Shown piece by piece: positions 54,759-64,000 of a stretch of DNA of 64,000 nt. Source of the DNA: Candidatus Lustribacter sp. (GTDB taxonomy: Bacteria > Vulcanimicrobiota > Vulcanimicrobiia > Vulcanimicrobiales > Vulcanimicrobiaceae). The stretch spans positions 5,184,001-5,248,000 of the forward strand of contig OZ255842.1 in NCBI GenBank assembly GCA_965277805.1. The letters are read 5' to 3'. A model generated the notes under the pieces. That model was given only the letters and a program-made list of their open reading frames with translations, did no database searches and was not told where the DNA came from. Numbering within the stretch: position 1 is the stretch's first letter; each line of letters opens with the position of its first letter. The translations under genes were made by a program, and so were the position numbers.

Positions 54759-55751
54759 ATGAAGATGCGTAAGCTTGGCTCGGCCGGCCCTGAAGTGTCG
54801 GCCATTGCGCTCGGATGCATGGCGATGTCGGGTGTCGGAGGTCCCACCGACCGCGGCGAGAGCATCGCTACGATTCATGCAGCGCTCGATGCGGGCATCA
54901 ACCTGCTCGATACCGGCGACTTCTACGGCAGCGGGCACAATGAATTGCTCATCGCCGAGGCGCTGCGCGGCCGCAAGCGCGACGACGTTCTGCTGAGCGT
55001 GAAGTTCGGTGCGATGCGTGCGCCGGCCGGGCAGTGGGGCGGTGGCTACGATGCGAGCCCGGGAGCCGTGAAGAACTGGCTCGCGTATTCGCTCGTGCGC
55101 CTGGGCGTCGACTGCATCGATATCTACCGGCCGGCGCGACTCGATCCGCAGGTCCCAATCGAAGAAACCGTCGGCACGATCGCCGAGATGGTCAAAGCGG
55201 GCTACGTGCGCTACATCGGGCTCTCCGAAGTTTCGGCGGCGACGATCCGGCGCGCAAACGCGGTCCATCCGATCGTCGATGTGCAGCTCGAATACTCGCT
55301 GTTCACGCGCGGCATCGAAGACACGATTCTGCCGGCGTGCCGGGGGCTTGGAATCGATATCACCGCGTACGGCGTGCTCGCGCGTGGATTGTTTGGCGGA
55401 TCGATGGCCCAAACGCGAACGTCGACGCGCGCGAGCTTACCGCGCTATACGGGCGAGAACCTCGAGAAGAATCTGGCGCTGGCCGACGCATTGCGAGCCG
55501 TCGCGAATGCGAAGGACATCTCTCACGGCCAAATCGCCATCGCCTGGGCGTTACATCAGGCTGCGGAGATCGTGCCGGTGATCGGCGCGCGCACGCGCAC
55601 GCAGCTGGCCGATGCGCTCGGCGCGTTGGACGTCACGCTGACCGCGGGCGACCTCGCCGCAATCGAAGCCGCCGTTCCGAAAGGCGCGGCCGCCGGCGAG
55701 CGCTACAACCCCCACCAAATGCGCGAACTCGATTCCGAAGTGCGCGTCTAG
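54759..55751 (+). CDS. Aldo/keto reductase
   Basis: LGCMAMS, DTGDFYG, IGLSEV and EYSL. Confidence 0.92.
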   Translation: MKMRKLGSAGPEVSAIALGCMAMSGVGGPTDRGESIATIHAALDAGINLLDTGDFYGSGHNELLIAEALRGRKRDDVLLSVKFGAMRAPAGQWGGGYDASPGAVKNWLAYSLVRLGVDCIDIYRPARLDPQVPIEETVGTIAEMVKAGYVRYIGLSEVSAATIRRANAVHPIVDVQLEYSLFTRGIEDTILPACRGLGIDITAYGVLARGLFGGSMAQTRTSTRASLPRYTGENLEKNLALADALRAVANAKDISHGQIAIAWALHQAAEIVPVIGARTRTQLADALGALDVTLTAGDLAAIEAAVPKGAAAGERYNPHQMRELDSEVRV

Positions 55752-58700
55752 TTACGAAACGGCGCGGAGCGGGCGTGGCGGGGCGCCGGGCATGAGGCCG
55801 CTGGTTACTGCCAGGGGATCGTAGGCGGCTACTTCCGGCGCGTCGGCGTCGCCGGTGTTGCCGCTGCGGCGGGCGGCGCGGAGCGCTTCGATCGCGTCGG
55901 GCAGCGCGTACTGCTCGCCGACGTAGCCGGCGACGAAGCGGCCGCCGCGGATCTCACCGCGCGCTTCCATCTTGCGCAGCGCGGCGAGGATCTCGCGCCA
56001 CGGCGGCGCCAGCGTTTCGCGCTTGACGATATCGCGGAACACGACGCCCCAGCGTGCGAGCAGGCGTCGCGCAAACGCGTCGGCGTCGAGGTGATCCAGT
56101 TCCGATTCGAGCAAGGACCAGCGGCCGCCGGACGAGCGCGGGCGCGCGCGCATGCCGCTCTCGCCCAAGCGCCGTTTGCGATCGGCCAGCGCACGTAGCG
56201 CATCGAAGCCATCGGCAGTGACGAGTCCGGCCGCGACCAGCTGCCAGAGTGCCTCTTCCACTTCGGCCGGCAGACGTTTGGTGCCGCGCACGATGTCGGC
56301 AAAGAACGGCGCACCACGTTGCGCGATCTCGGCGAGCACTTCACGTGCGGCATGCGAGAGCGCGGGCGACTCATCGCCCTTGCGCAAGATCAATTCCCCG
56401 GCGTGTTCGCGCGCGAACAGCGCGATCGGCGCGAGTTTCGTCGGGCGGATGCGGCGCTGGCGGCCGTCGGCCGACGGCGTGAACGCCGGATGCGCCGAGA
56501 GACGGCCCCACATCACGTCGCCGGAGTAGCAGAGTTTGTCGAGATAGTCGCGCTTGTAGTCTGCGACGCGCGCCGGCAGCACGGTCGTCTCCCACGCCGC
56601 CGCCGGGATCTCGTAGCCCTCGAGTTGGCGGATGACGGCCAGGGTGCCGTCGACGCCGTGCAGACGCGACGTGGGCGCGACGTGCTGCCAGCGGAAGAGA
56701 AAGCGCACGTAGTCGGCCGTCGCGACCGGCTCGATCTCGCGGCGCAGCGCGCCGAGCGTCATGCGGTGAATGCGCGCCAGCACGCGGCGATTGCACCATT
56801 CCTCGACGTTATCGCGGAAGCGTCCGCGCAAGACCGCGCCTTCCGTCTCGATGCGGATCAGCGCCATCTCGACCATGCTAGCATCGAGGGAGAGGCGCGC
56901 GGCGAGTCCGTCGACCGTCACGGGTCCGCTCGATTCGAGCCACCCGCGTAGCATCTCCGCAACGGCTTCATCCGGCTGTTCGGGCAACGGGATCGTCGTG
57001 GCGAGTGCGGGCGTTTCCGTTTCGGCAATCGCTTCGGGGTAAATCATCCGCGTCAGCTCGCGACGTTCGGCGCACGTCCACAGCGTAGCATTGCCGACGG
57101 TGAGTGCGGTTGCGCGATGCGCGGAAACGAGTTCGTCGAACCATGGCTGCCACGCCTCGATGGGCGGCACGGCCACCAGCGTCAGCAGCGCGTCGTGCAG
57201 TTCGTCGGCGTCGCGCACCAGCGGCCACGACGATTCCGCCACCTCGGCGATCGCCGCCGGATCGAGCAAGCTCGATGCGTCGGCCGTGTTACGCGCCGTG
57301 TTGCGCAATGTGACCGCGCGCGTGCGCCGCTCTTCGAGCGGTGCGTCGTCGAGGTAGGCATACGGGTTGGCGTTGAGGATCTCGTGGCAGAAGGCCGAGG
57401 GCTCGGGCGTGTCGACCGCGAGCGTGCGGATCGCGCCGTTCTCGATGTCGCGCAGCACCGTGAGGAGACCGTCGATGTCCATCGCCTCGCGCAGGCAGTT
57501 GTCGATCGTCTCGTTGACCAGCACGTGATCTGGCACGCGGATTGGACCGGTTAGGTTCTCGCCGCACGCGGCCGCATCGGGAAAGCACGCCGCGAGCAGA
57601 TCTTCGGCGCGCATGCGCAGGAAGTTCGGCGGCACCTTGCGGCCGCCGGTGAAGCGCAGGATCGCGAGCGCGCGCAGTGCGTTCCAGCGCCAGCGCGCAC
57701 CGAATATCGGCGCGGCCAGCAGTGCTTGCGTCAGCGTGTCGACGGCGCTCGCCGACTTCACGTACTCGAACACCGCTTCGAGCGGAAAGGCGTGCTGCTC
57801 GGTCAGCGAGATCACGATGCCGTTGTCGTTGGCGGCGGCCTGCAGTTCGACGTTGAACGAGCGGCAGAACTTCTTGCGCAGCGCGAGGCCCCACGCGCGG
57901 TTGATGCGCGCGCCGAAAGGCGTGTGCAGAATCAACTGCATGCCGCCCGCTTCATCGAAGAAGCGCTCCGCAATCAGCGTGGTGTCGGTCGGCACGGCGC
58001 CGAGGATCGCCCGGCCCGCGCGGATGTAGGCCACGGCCTGCTCCGCGCCGGCAGCGTCGAGCGCGCACCGCGACTGCAGCCACGCCTTCGCGTCGTCGTC
58101 GTCGCGCTCGTCGATGGCAGTGCGGATGGCGGCGACTTCGCGCGAGAGCTCGATCGTGCGGCCCAGGCCCTCGCCGTTCCAGAACGGGATCGACGGCGGC
58201 GCACCGTGCGCGTCCTGCACGCGAACGACGCCGGTCTCGACGCGGCGGATCATCCACGAGGTGGTGCCGAGCAAGAAGATGTCGCCGGCCATGCTCTCGA
58301 CGGCGAAGTCTTCATCGAGCGTGCCGATCACGATGCCCTCGGGTTCGGCCACCACGTTGTAATTTGCGGTCTCGGGGATCGCGCCGCCGGAGGTGATGGC
58401 GGCGATGCGCGCGCCTTTGCGCCCGCGCAGGCGTCCGTTCACCCGGTCGTGATGGAGATACGCCCCGCTGCGGCCGCGTGAGGTGGCAATGCCGTCGGCC
58501 AGCATCGCCACGACGTCGTCGAAATCTTTGCGCTCGAGATCGCGATAGGGATAGGTCGTGCGCACCGCCGCATAGAGCTCGTCGACGTCCCAGTCATCGC
58601 CCGCGCACGTCGCCACGAGCTGTTGCGCCAGGATGTCGAGCGGCGCGTCGGGGATGCACAGCGCGTCCATCGTGCCGCTGCGAATTGCGTTGACCAGCGC

Positions 58701-59849
58701 GGCGCATTCGATCAGCTCGTCGCGCGTGGTAGCGAACAGCCGGCCTTCGGGCTTCGCGCCGACCCAATGGCCCGACCGGCCGACGCGCTGCAGTGTGACC
58801 GCGATCGAACGCGGTGATCCGAGCTGCACGACGAGATCGACCGAACCGATGTCGATTCCCAATTCTAGCGACGCGGTTGCGACGACCGCGCGCAGGTCGC
58901 CGTTCTTGAGCCGGTTTTCGGTGTCGAAGCGGATGTCTTTGGAGAGGCTGCCGTGGTGCGGCAGCACGATGCCCTCGCCCAAGCGCGTCGAGAGCGCGAA
59001 GGCCACCTTCTCGCTCATCCGGCGCGTGCCGACGAACACGAGCGTGGTCTTGTGCGCGAGCACGAGCGCGGCCACACGGTCGTAGATCTCACCCCACATC
59101 TCGCCGCTGGCGACCGAACTCAGCTCGTCGCTCGGCACCTCGACCGCGAGCGTCATCTCGCGCCGGTGTCCCACGTCGACGATGTGCGCGGTGCGGCTGA
59201 GGAAGTGCGCGACTTCCTGGATCGGCCGGACGGTGGCCGAGAGGCCGATGCGCTGCGGTTTCGCGCCGCCGTTGCGCATGACCAGATCGTCGAGCCGCGC
59301 GAGCGTCAGGGCGAGATGCGAGCCGCGCTTATCGCGCGCGAGCGCGTGGATTTCATCGACGATGATCGCTTCGACGTGGGTGAACAGCGCGCGCGATTTG
59401 GCGGCGGTGAGCAAGATGTAGAGCGATTCAGGAGTGGTGACCAGCACGTGCGGCGGTTTGCGCAACATGCGCGCACGCTCCGACTGCGTCGTATCGCCGG
59501 TGCGCGTCGCGGTGCGAATTTCGGCGAGAGAAATGTTCGCTTCGGCGGCCCGTTCGAGCAGCTCGCCGAGCGGCGTTTCGAGATTCTTGCGAACGTCGTT
59601 GGTCAGCGCTTTGAGCGGCGACACGTAGACGACGAGGACCTCGTCGGGCAGCGGTCCCTCGGCAGCGCGGCGGATCAAGCCGTCGAGCGCGGTCGTGAAC
59701 GCGGCCAGCGTTTTGCCCGAACCGGTAGGCGCCGCGATCAGCACATCGCGACCGGCGCGAATCAGCGGCCAGCCGTGGACTTGGGGTTCGGTGGGCTCGC
59801 CATAGCGTGCGGAAAACCAGCCGGCGACAAGGGGGGACAGCTCGTTCAC
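55752..59849 (-). CDS. lhr: Lhr family ATP-dependent helicase
   Basis: APTGSGKTLAAF, SPLKAL, TTPESL, DEIH, SLELGIDIG, QRVGRSGH and C-terminal RGGRFV. Confidence 0.92.
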   Translation of the reverse strand: MNELSPLVAGWFSARYGEPTEPQVHGWPLIRAGRDVLIAAPTGSGKTLAAFTTALDGLIRRAAEGPLPDEVLVVYVSPLKALTNDVRKNLETPLGELLERAAEANISLAEIRTATRTGDTTQSERARMLRKPPHVLVTTPESLYILLTAAKSRALFTHVEAIIVDEIHALARDKRGSHLALTLARLDDLVMRNGGAKPQRIGLSATVRPIQEVAHFLSRTAHIVDVGHRREMTLAVEVPSDELSSVASGEMWGEIYDRVAALVLAHKTTLVFVGTRRMSEKVAFALSTRLGEGIVLPHHGSLSKDIRFDTENRLKNGDLRAVVATASLELGIDIGSVDLVVQLGSPRSIAVTLQRVGRSGHWVGAKPEGRLFATTRDELIECAALVNAIRSGTMDALCIPDAPLDILAQQLVATCAGDDWDVDELYAAVRTTYPYRDLERKDFDDVVAMLADGIATSRGRSGAYLHHDRVNGRLRGRKGARIAAITSGGAIPETANYNVVAEPEGIVIGTLDEDFAVESMAGDIFLLGTTSWMIRRVETGVVRVQDAHGAPPSIPFWNGEGLGRTIELSREVAAIRTAIDERDDDDAKAWLQSRCALDAAGAEQAVAYIRAGRAILGAVPTDTTLIAERFFDEAGGMQLILHTPFGARINRAWGLALRKKFCRSFNVELQAAANDNGIVISLTEQHAFPLEAVFEYVKSASAVDTLTQALLAAPIFGARWRWNALRALAILRFTGGRKVPPNFLRMRAEDLLAACFPDAAACGENLTGPIRVPDHVLVNETIDNCLREAMDIDGLLTVLRDIENGAIRTLAVDTPEPSAFCHEILNANPYAYLDDAPLEERRTRAVTLRNTARNTADASSLLDPAAIAEVAESSWPLVRDADELHDALLTLVAVPPIEAWQPWFDELVSAHRATALTVGNATLWTCAERRELTRMIYPEAIAETETPALATTIPLPEQPDEAVAEMLRGWLESSGPVTVDGLAARLSLDASMVEMALIRIETEGAVLRGRFRDNVEEWCNRRVLARIHRMTLGALRREIEPVATADYVRFLFRWQHVAPTSRLHGVDGTLAVIRQLEGYEIPAAAWETTVLPARVADYKRDYLDKLCYSGDVMWGRLSAHPAFTPSADGRQRRIRPTKLAPIALFAREHAGELILRKGDESPALSHAAREVLAEIAQRGAPFFADIVRGTKRLPAEVEEALWQLVAAGLVTADGFDALRALADRKRRLGESGMRARPRSSGGRWSLLESELDHLDADAFARRLLARWGVVFRDIVKRETLAPPWREILAALRKMEARGEIRGGRFVAGYVGEQYALPDAIEALRAARRSGNTGDADAPEVAAYDPLAVTSGLMPGAPPRPLRAVS

Positions 59850-59868
59850 TTGGACTCGCTATAACACG

Positions 59869-60834
59869 TCAAACGTGGTCGGCGTTCCAGCACGGATCCG
59901 CCGCCGCAGAGGTTACTTCGCCGGCCGACCGCTGCCAGGCGGCGGCTGCTGCTGCCGAGAGCGGTAGCACCATCGTAACGCCGGTGCGGCGCGGCCGGAC
60001 GGCGCCTCGCGGGACGGCCCCGCGCGCCGGCGCGGGCGGCAGCCAGCCCGTCACCTTGCGCAGGTCGCCCGCGCCGTTGCGAATTAGCGCCGGGACGAGC
60101 GCCGCTGCTTCATCATCAACGTAGGCGAACTCATCGAGCGCAAACGAGTCGACGCCGGCGAAGCGCCGGCCGAGCACGTAGGCCACCAGCCGCCTTCCGC
60201 GCATGATGCCGAGCCGCACGAGCACGCCGCTCGCATCGCGCGCCCGCGCGCGCAGGCGGAGATATTCCCAAATCAGCGGCGGCCGCGTCAACGTGAACGT
60301 GCGCGTCGCATCGAGGGCGGTGAAGCACCGTTCGATTGCGGGCCAGTCGGCGTCGACGAGCGTGCGCGCGGAGATGCGGGCGTGCGGCAAGGTGTCGGCG
60401 CGGAGCATGATCGCACGCGACGGCAAACACACGAATCCCAAACGCTCGTAGAACGCCGGATGAATGTCGGAGAACAGGTAGACGAAATCGGTGCCGGCCG
60501 CGCGTTCGCTGTCGAGAAATGCGCCGAGCAACGCCGTCGCGTAGCCGCGCCCGCGCGCGTTTTGCGGCGTGAACACTGCACCGATGCCGGCCGCGCGAAA
60601 GGTGCGCTCGCCGCAGCGCAATTCGCGCTGATAACGCTTGCACGACGAGACGAGTTCACCGTCGAGCGAGAGCCCCAACGTACGAAAGCGCCGCCGTCCG
60701 AAGCCCGATGCGCTCACCGCGCCGAACTCGGCGGCGTAGTCGGCAAAGCTCAGACCGCCCGACCAAATCTCCGCCGAATGCGGGAGCACGTCACGCACGT
60801 ACTCCTCGGTCGAGAGCTGGACAATTCGCAGCAC
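59869..60834 (-). CDS. GNAT family N-acetyltransferase (start 60834 or 60855)
   Basis: IGAVFT..ARGRGYA acetyl-CoA loop and FYERLGF. Confidence 0.85.
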   Translation of the reverse strand: MLRIVQLSTEEYVRDVLPHSAEIWSGGLSFADYAAEFGAVSASGFGRRRFRTLGLSLDGELVSSCKRYQRELRCGERTFRAAGIGAVFTPQNARGRGYATALLGAFLDSERAAGTDFVYLFSDIHPAFYERLGFVCLPSRAIMLRADTLPHARISARTLVDADWPAIERCFTALDATRTFTLTRPPLIWEYLRLRARARDASGVLVRLGIMRGRRLVAYVLGRRFAGVDSFALDEFAYVDDEAAALVPALIRNGAGDLRKVTGWLPPAPARGAVPRGAVRPRRTGVTMVLPLSAAAAAAWQRSAGEVTSAAADPCWNADHV

Positions 60835-60847
60835 CCCCGCCCATTGT

Positions 60848-60895
60848 GGATTCACGTTCCGTGAATCCTTCGCGTTTGGGCTGCGCCCAAGCCGC
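60848..60895. repeat. Two-hairpin dispersed repeat, copy 3
   Basis: GGATTCACG-TTC-CGTGAATCC TTC GCGTTTGGGC-TGC-GCCCAAGCCGC. Confidence 0.75.
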
Positions 60896-60897
60896 CG

Positions 60898-62130
60898 TTA
60901 AATGAAGGCGAGAGGCGCGAACTGCCCGTCGAGGATCGGGGTGGAATCGGTGCCGAGCCAGCGCTGGATTACCGTTGCGTAGACCGCGCGGAAGTCGGTG
61001 CCGAATTTCAGGTTGCCGTTGCGGTCGAGATCGGTCAGCGAGGGATGATCGCCGTACACGCCGCCGCGTACGCTACCGCCGGTGATGAAGACCGGCATCG
61101 CCGTGCCGTGGTCGGTGCCGTTGCTCGAGTTCTGTTCGACGCGGCGGCCGAATTCCGAGAACGTCATCGTCAACACGCGCTTGTCGTTGCCGTGCGCTTT
61201 GAGGTCGTTGTAGAACGCGAGCAGTCCGTTCCCGAGGTAGCCCAGCAGACGGTCTTGCTGCGCGCGTTGTCCCGCGTGCGTGTCGAACGAACCGATCGAG
61301 ACGAACACGAGCTTGGTGCCGGTATTCGTGCCGATCAGCTGCGCGGCGAGCTTGAGCTGCTGCGAGAAGCCGTCGGTGGGATACGTCACCGCGGCCGTAT
61401 AGCCCGCGATCTTCGAGCGCAGAACGTCGCCGCCGTGATACGCCTGACGCGCGGTGTCGGCGATCATCGCGAGATACGGTGACGTGCCGCCCTTGGTGCC
61501 GTCGTACAGCGTGCCCGCGCTCTGCTTCGACGCGGTATCCTTGCCGGTGTTGTACGCGAACGCGCCGAGCGCACCGATCGCCGGAACGTCGACGTGCGCC
61601 GACACGAGCGCCGCCGGCAGCGTATCGCCGAGCGCGACGGTTTCGAACGGCGTCGGCTGTTTCGTGCCTTGCGGATAGCGGCGATCGAGGTAGCGTCCGA
61701 GCCAGCCGTACTGTTGCGGACGCACCGGCGACGCGGTTTCCCAGATCTGCGTCGCTTCGAAGTGCGAGAGGTTGGCATCGGGGTAGCTCACGGCTTGCAA
61801 CAGCGCGAGGTGCCCTTCTTTGAAGAGTTCGTCGAAGCCGGCCAGCGCGGGGTTCCACGCGATGCGGTCGTTGATGCGCAAGACCGTTTTCGGATCGACG
61901 CCGATCGTCGGGCGCACGCGATGGTACGCATCGTCGGTGTACGGAATGACGGTGTTGAGTCCGTCGTTGCCGCCGCTCATCTGCACGATCACGAGCACGT
62001 TGCCGGGATCGGCAGCGCTGCCGGTTACCGGCGCCGATTGCGCCGACGCCGCGCGCATGAATGCGAGCGGCATGCCGCCGCCGAGTGCGGCGGCTCCGAG
62101 GGAGCGGGTGAGGAATGACGTGCGCTTCAT
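60898..62130 (-). CDS. DUF1501 family protein (Tat-like signal)
   Basis: GGNDGLN, SHFEA, FDTHAGQ, SEFGRR and GTDHG. Confidence 0.9.
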   Translation of the reverse strand: MKRTSFLTRSLGAAALGGGMPLAFMRAASAQSAPVTGSAADPGNVLVIVQMSGGNDGLNTVIPYTDDAYHRVRPTIGVDPKTVLRINDRIAWNPALAGFDELFKEGHLALLQAVSYPDANLSHFEATQIWETASPVRPQQYGWLGRYLDRRYPQGTKQPTPFETVALGDTLPAALVSAHVDVPAIGALGAFAYNTGKDTASKQSAGTLYDGTKGGTSPYLAMIADTARQAYHGGDVLRSKIAGYTAAVTYPTDGFSQQLKLAAQLIGTNTGTKLVFVSIGSFDTHAGQRAQQDRLLGYLGNGLLAFYNDLKAHGNDKRVLTMTFSEFGRRVEQNSSNGTDHGTAMPVFITGGSVRGGVYGDHPSLTDLDRNGNLKFGTDFRAVYATVIQRWLGTDSTPILDGQFAPLAFI

Positions 62131-62141
62131 GGTGCTCGCGA

Positions 62142-63602
62142 TCAGTTCAGCTGGTTGACGGGAAGGTTGAGGGTCAGGGCGACGACGCCGCGGATCTTCT
62201 CTTGGTAGTTTTCGGGCCCGAACGGCAGCGGGTCGGTGATGCTGCCCTGCGCTTGCGCGCCGGTCCCGGCGAGGTAGTCGACGAGCGTCCCGCGCACGTC
62301 GGCGGTCACGTCGTCTTGCAGTGCCGAGGCGGTCAGTTCGTCGACGATGCGGGGCGCGTTGAAGCCGCCGGCCGCTTTCAGGAGGGCATCGGGCTGCACG
62401 TTGGGCGCGTTCGTCGCGACGGCCGGCGGTTTGGCCGGCGCGGTCGTGGCGATCAGCGAGTTGACGAAGTTGAAGCGCGCCAGCATGGTCGAGGTGTTGA
62501 TCCACGACGGCCCGCCGTCCCAGCCTTTGACGCTCGGCGGGTTGAGCGGCTCCTGGCCCATGCGCGCCAAGGTGCCCGGCAGATTGGCCGGGATTTCCGA
62601 AGCGCCGATGTAGCGCAGCGTTCCGATCGCGAACTCGATCGGGCTCTTCGGTTCCGAACGGTAGGCGCGCTGCGAGTAGAACACGTTGGAGCGGAGCATC
62701 GCGCCGAGCGTCTGCGAGATGTCGTAGCCCGAGAGTGCGTACACGCGCGCAACGGCTTCGATCAATTCCGGCTCGGGATCGGAATAGACGAACGCCTCGA
62801 GCAGCTTGCGCGAGATGAAGCGCTGGTGGATCGGCTGCGAGACGATGATGCTGATCGCATCGTCGGCATCGAACGAACCGGTGTGGCCGAGAAACGTCTT
62901 GAGTCCCGGATCGTGCTGGACGGCATTGAAGAAGGCCTGGCCGTTCTTGAGCGTCCAGCCGGTGAACGCGCGCGCGCCTTCCTTGACGTCGTCCTCGGTA
63001 TAGTTGCCGAGACCGAGCGTGAACAGTTCCATCACCTCGCGCGCGTAGTTTTCGTTCGGATGCGCCTTCGTGTTGAAGCGGTTATCGAGCCACACCAGCA
63101 TAGCCGGGTCCTTCGTCACCGAGGAGAGCAGCGTGCGGAAATTGCCCGTGCCCTGCGCGCGGAAAAGCGCGTTCTGCTGCGCCATCATTTCGGGCGGCGA
63201 CTTGCTGAACGCGGTAGCGAAGTGATTGTGCCAAAACAGCGTCATCTTCTCGGCGAGTTGATGCCGCGAGCGCAGCATCCGATCGAGCCACCACAGCTGC
63301 ACGGCTTTGGCGCGCTGGCCGTACATGTTGCTCGGCAGCGTGGCGAGTTCGGGCGGATAGTCGGGAAACGCGATGTCGGCGGGTGGATGAAAGAGCGCAT
63401 CGACGGCGCGCTGCGCATCGAGCTGCGCGCACGCCGCGATATCGGCCGTCGTTCCGCCGAAGCCGGCGCGGCGCAATAGGTGAGCGGCGTGCCGTTGGTT
63501 GAACGGTCCGCGGTAGGGCGCAAGTGCCGATGCAACGTCGAGCTGCCCGGCGGGGCGGAAGCCGACTTGCGGATCGGTGGACGTATCGAGCTTTTCGTTC
63601 AC
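62142..63602 (-). CDS. DUF1800 family protein
   Basis: HLLRRAGFG, EKMTLFWHNHFAT, NENYARE.MELFTLG and PPSVKGW. Confidence 0.92.
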   Translation of the reverse strand: MNEKLDTSTDPQVGFRPAGQLDVASALAPYRGPFNQRHAAHLLRRAGFGGTTADIAACAQLDAQRAVDALFHPPADIAFPDYPPELATLPSNMYGQRAKAVQLWWLDRMLRSRHQLAEKMTLFWHNHFATAFSKSPPEMMAQQNALFRAQGTGNFRTLLSSVTKDPAMLVWLDNRFNTKAHPNENYAREVMELFTLGLGNYTEDDVKEGARAFTGWTLKNGQAFFNAVQHDPGLKTFLGHTGSFDADDAISIIVSQPIHQRFISRKLLEAFVYSDPEPELIEAVARVYALSGYDISQTLGAMLRSNVFYSQRAYRSEPKSPIEFAIGTLRYIGASEIPANLPGTLARMGQEPLNPPSVKGWDGGPSWINTSTMLARFNFVNSLIATTAPAKPPAVATNAPNVQPDALLKAAGGFNAPRIVDELTASALQDDVTADVRGTLVDYLAGTGAQAQGSITDPLPFGPENYQEKIRGVVALTLNLPVNQLN

Positions 63603-63683
63603 GGTGGTTTGCCAACGCCTAGCATAGCGCGAACCGTCTCGTGCCGCGCGCACACTACATGACTTCTAATGTCGGGATGACGG

Positions 63684-64000
63684 TTAAGAAACGATTGCTT
63701 GGAGCTCTTCGGCGAGTTCGGGGGCAGAGATGCCGCGCGTGGGGCGGCCGCTTGCGCTCACGGTGACGCTAACGTCGGCGCGTAACATAGCGAGCGCCAG
63801 CAAGCGGCGGTGTTCGCGCCCGTAGGCGAGGTTGAGCTTCGTCTGGTGAGAGTACCAGGTGAATTTCGCGGTGCGGCCGGCCGGTGCGTCGCCGGCCGCG
63901 TCCTTCGGCACCATTCCGTAGGACGGGCTGAACAGAAACGCGTCGGGCACGTAGTAGGGCGGAAACGATCCGGCGCGCGCATCGACCGCGAAGACGTGAT
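63684..64000 (-). CDS. 3' part of a hypothetical protein running off the window
   Basis: Frame stays open to the window edge; no family recognised. Confidence 0.55.
   Translation of the reverse strand, partial: HVFAVDARAGSFPPYYVPDAFLFSPSYGMVPKDAAGDAPAGRTAKFTWYSHQTKLNLAYGREHRRLLALAMLRADVSVTVSASGRPTRGISAPELAEELQAIVS

Noticed and set aside
55752-59849. Lhr helicase as a defence system
   Set aside because: Canonical Lhr repair helicase with no associated nuclease or methylase genes
60898-63602. DUF1800-DUF1501 pair as a novel system
   Set aside because: A widespread, well-known gene pair with nothing atypical except a KR variant of the Tat motif

Overview
GC-rich bacterial chromosomal segment of about 60 genes. 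No rRNA, tRNA, CRISPR array, transposase or prophage gene was recognised. Terrabacteria-type markers (rbgA, prp, scpAB, split gcvPA/gcvPB) occur together with a predicted outer-membrane beta-barrel, which is compatible with a diderm Terrabacteria lineage such as Ca. Eremiobacterota (inference only). Housekeeping content: comM, a ribose-type ABC transporter with patB, a two-component pair, two paralogous APC permeases with a USP, rplS-lepB-lepB-rbgA-rnhB-yraN-Ser/Thr kinase, trmD, rplU-prp, sufB, speD-speE-gcvT-gcvH/metH-metF-gcvPA-gcvPB, scpAB-nfo-dinB, lhr and DUF1800/DUF1501. Most notable: (1) a divergent cluster at 51.9-54.7 kb encoding a Cyc2-like monoheme cytochrome-porin fusion, two type-1 copper lipoproteins and an SCO chaperone, a candidate metal-oxidation or extracellular electron uptake module; (2) a VUT/YhhQ-like transporter domain fused to a diguanylate cyclase; (3) a RecG-derived mini-helicase with an altered motif II and a possible ATA start; (4) a dispersed two-hairpin repeat with compensatory changes; (5) a G7-T-G7 spacer promoter with a long leader upstream of speD; (6) a His-less Fic protein; (7) three tandem sulfotransferase-like genes, the first frameshifted. 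All calls come from motif recognition by eye; no database searches were run.
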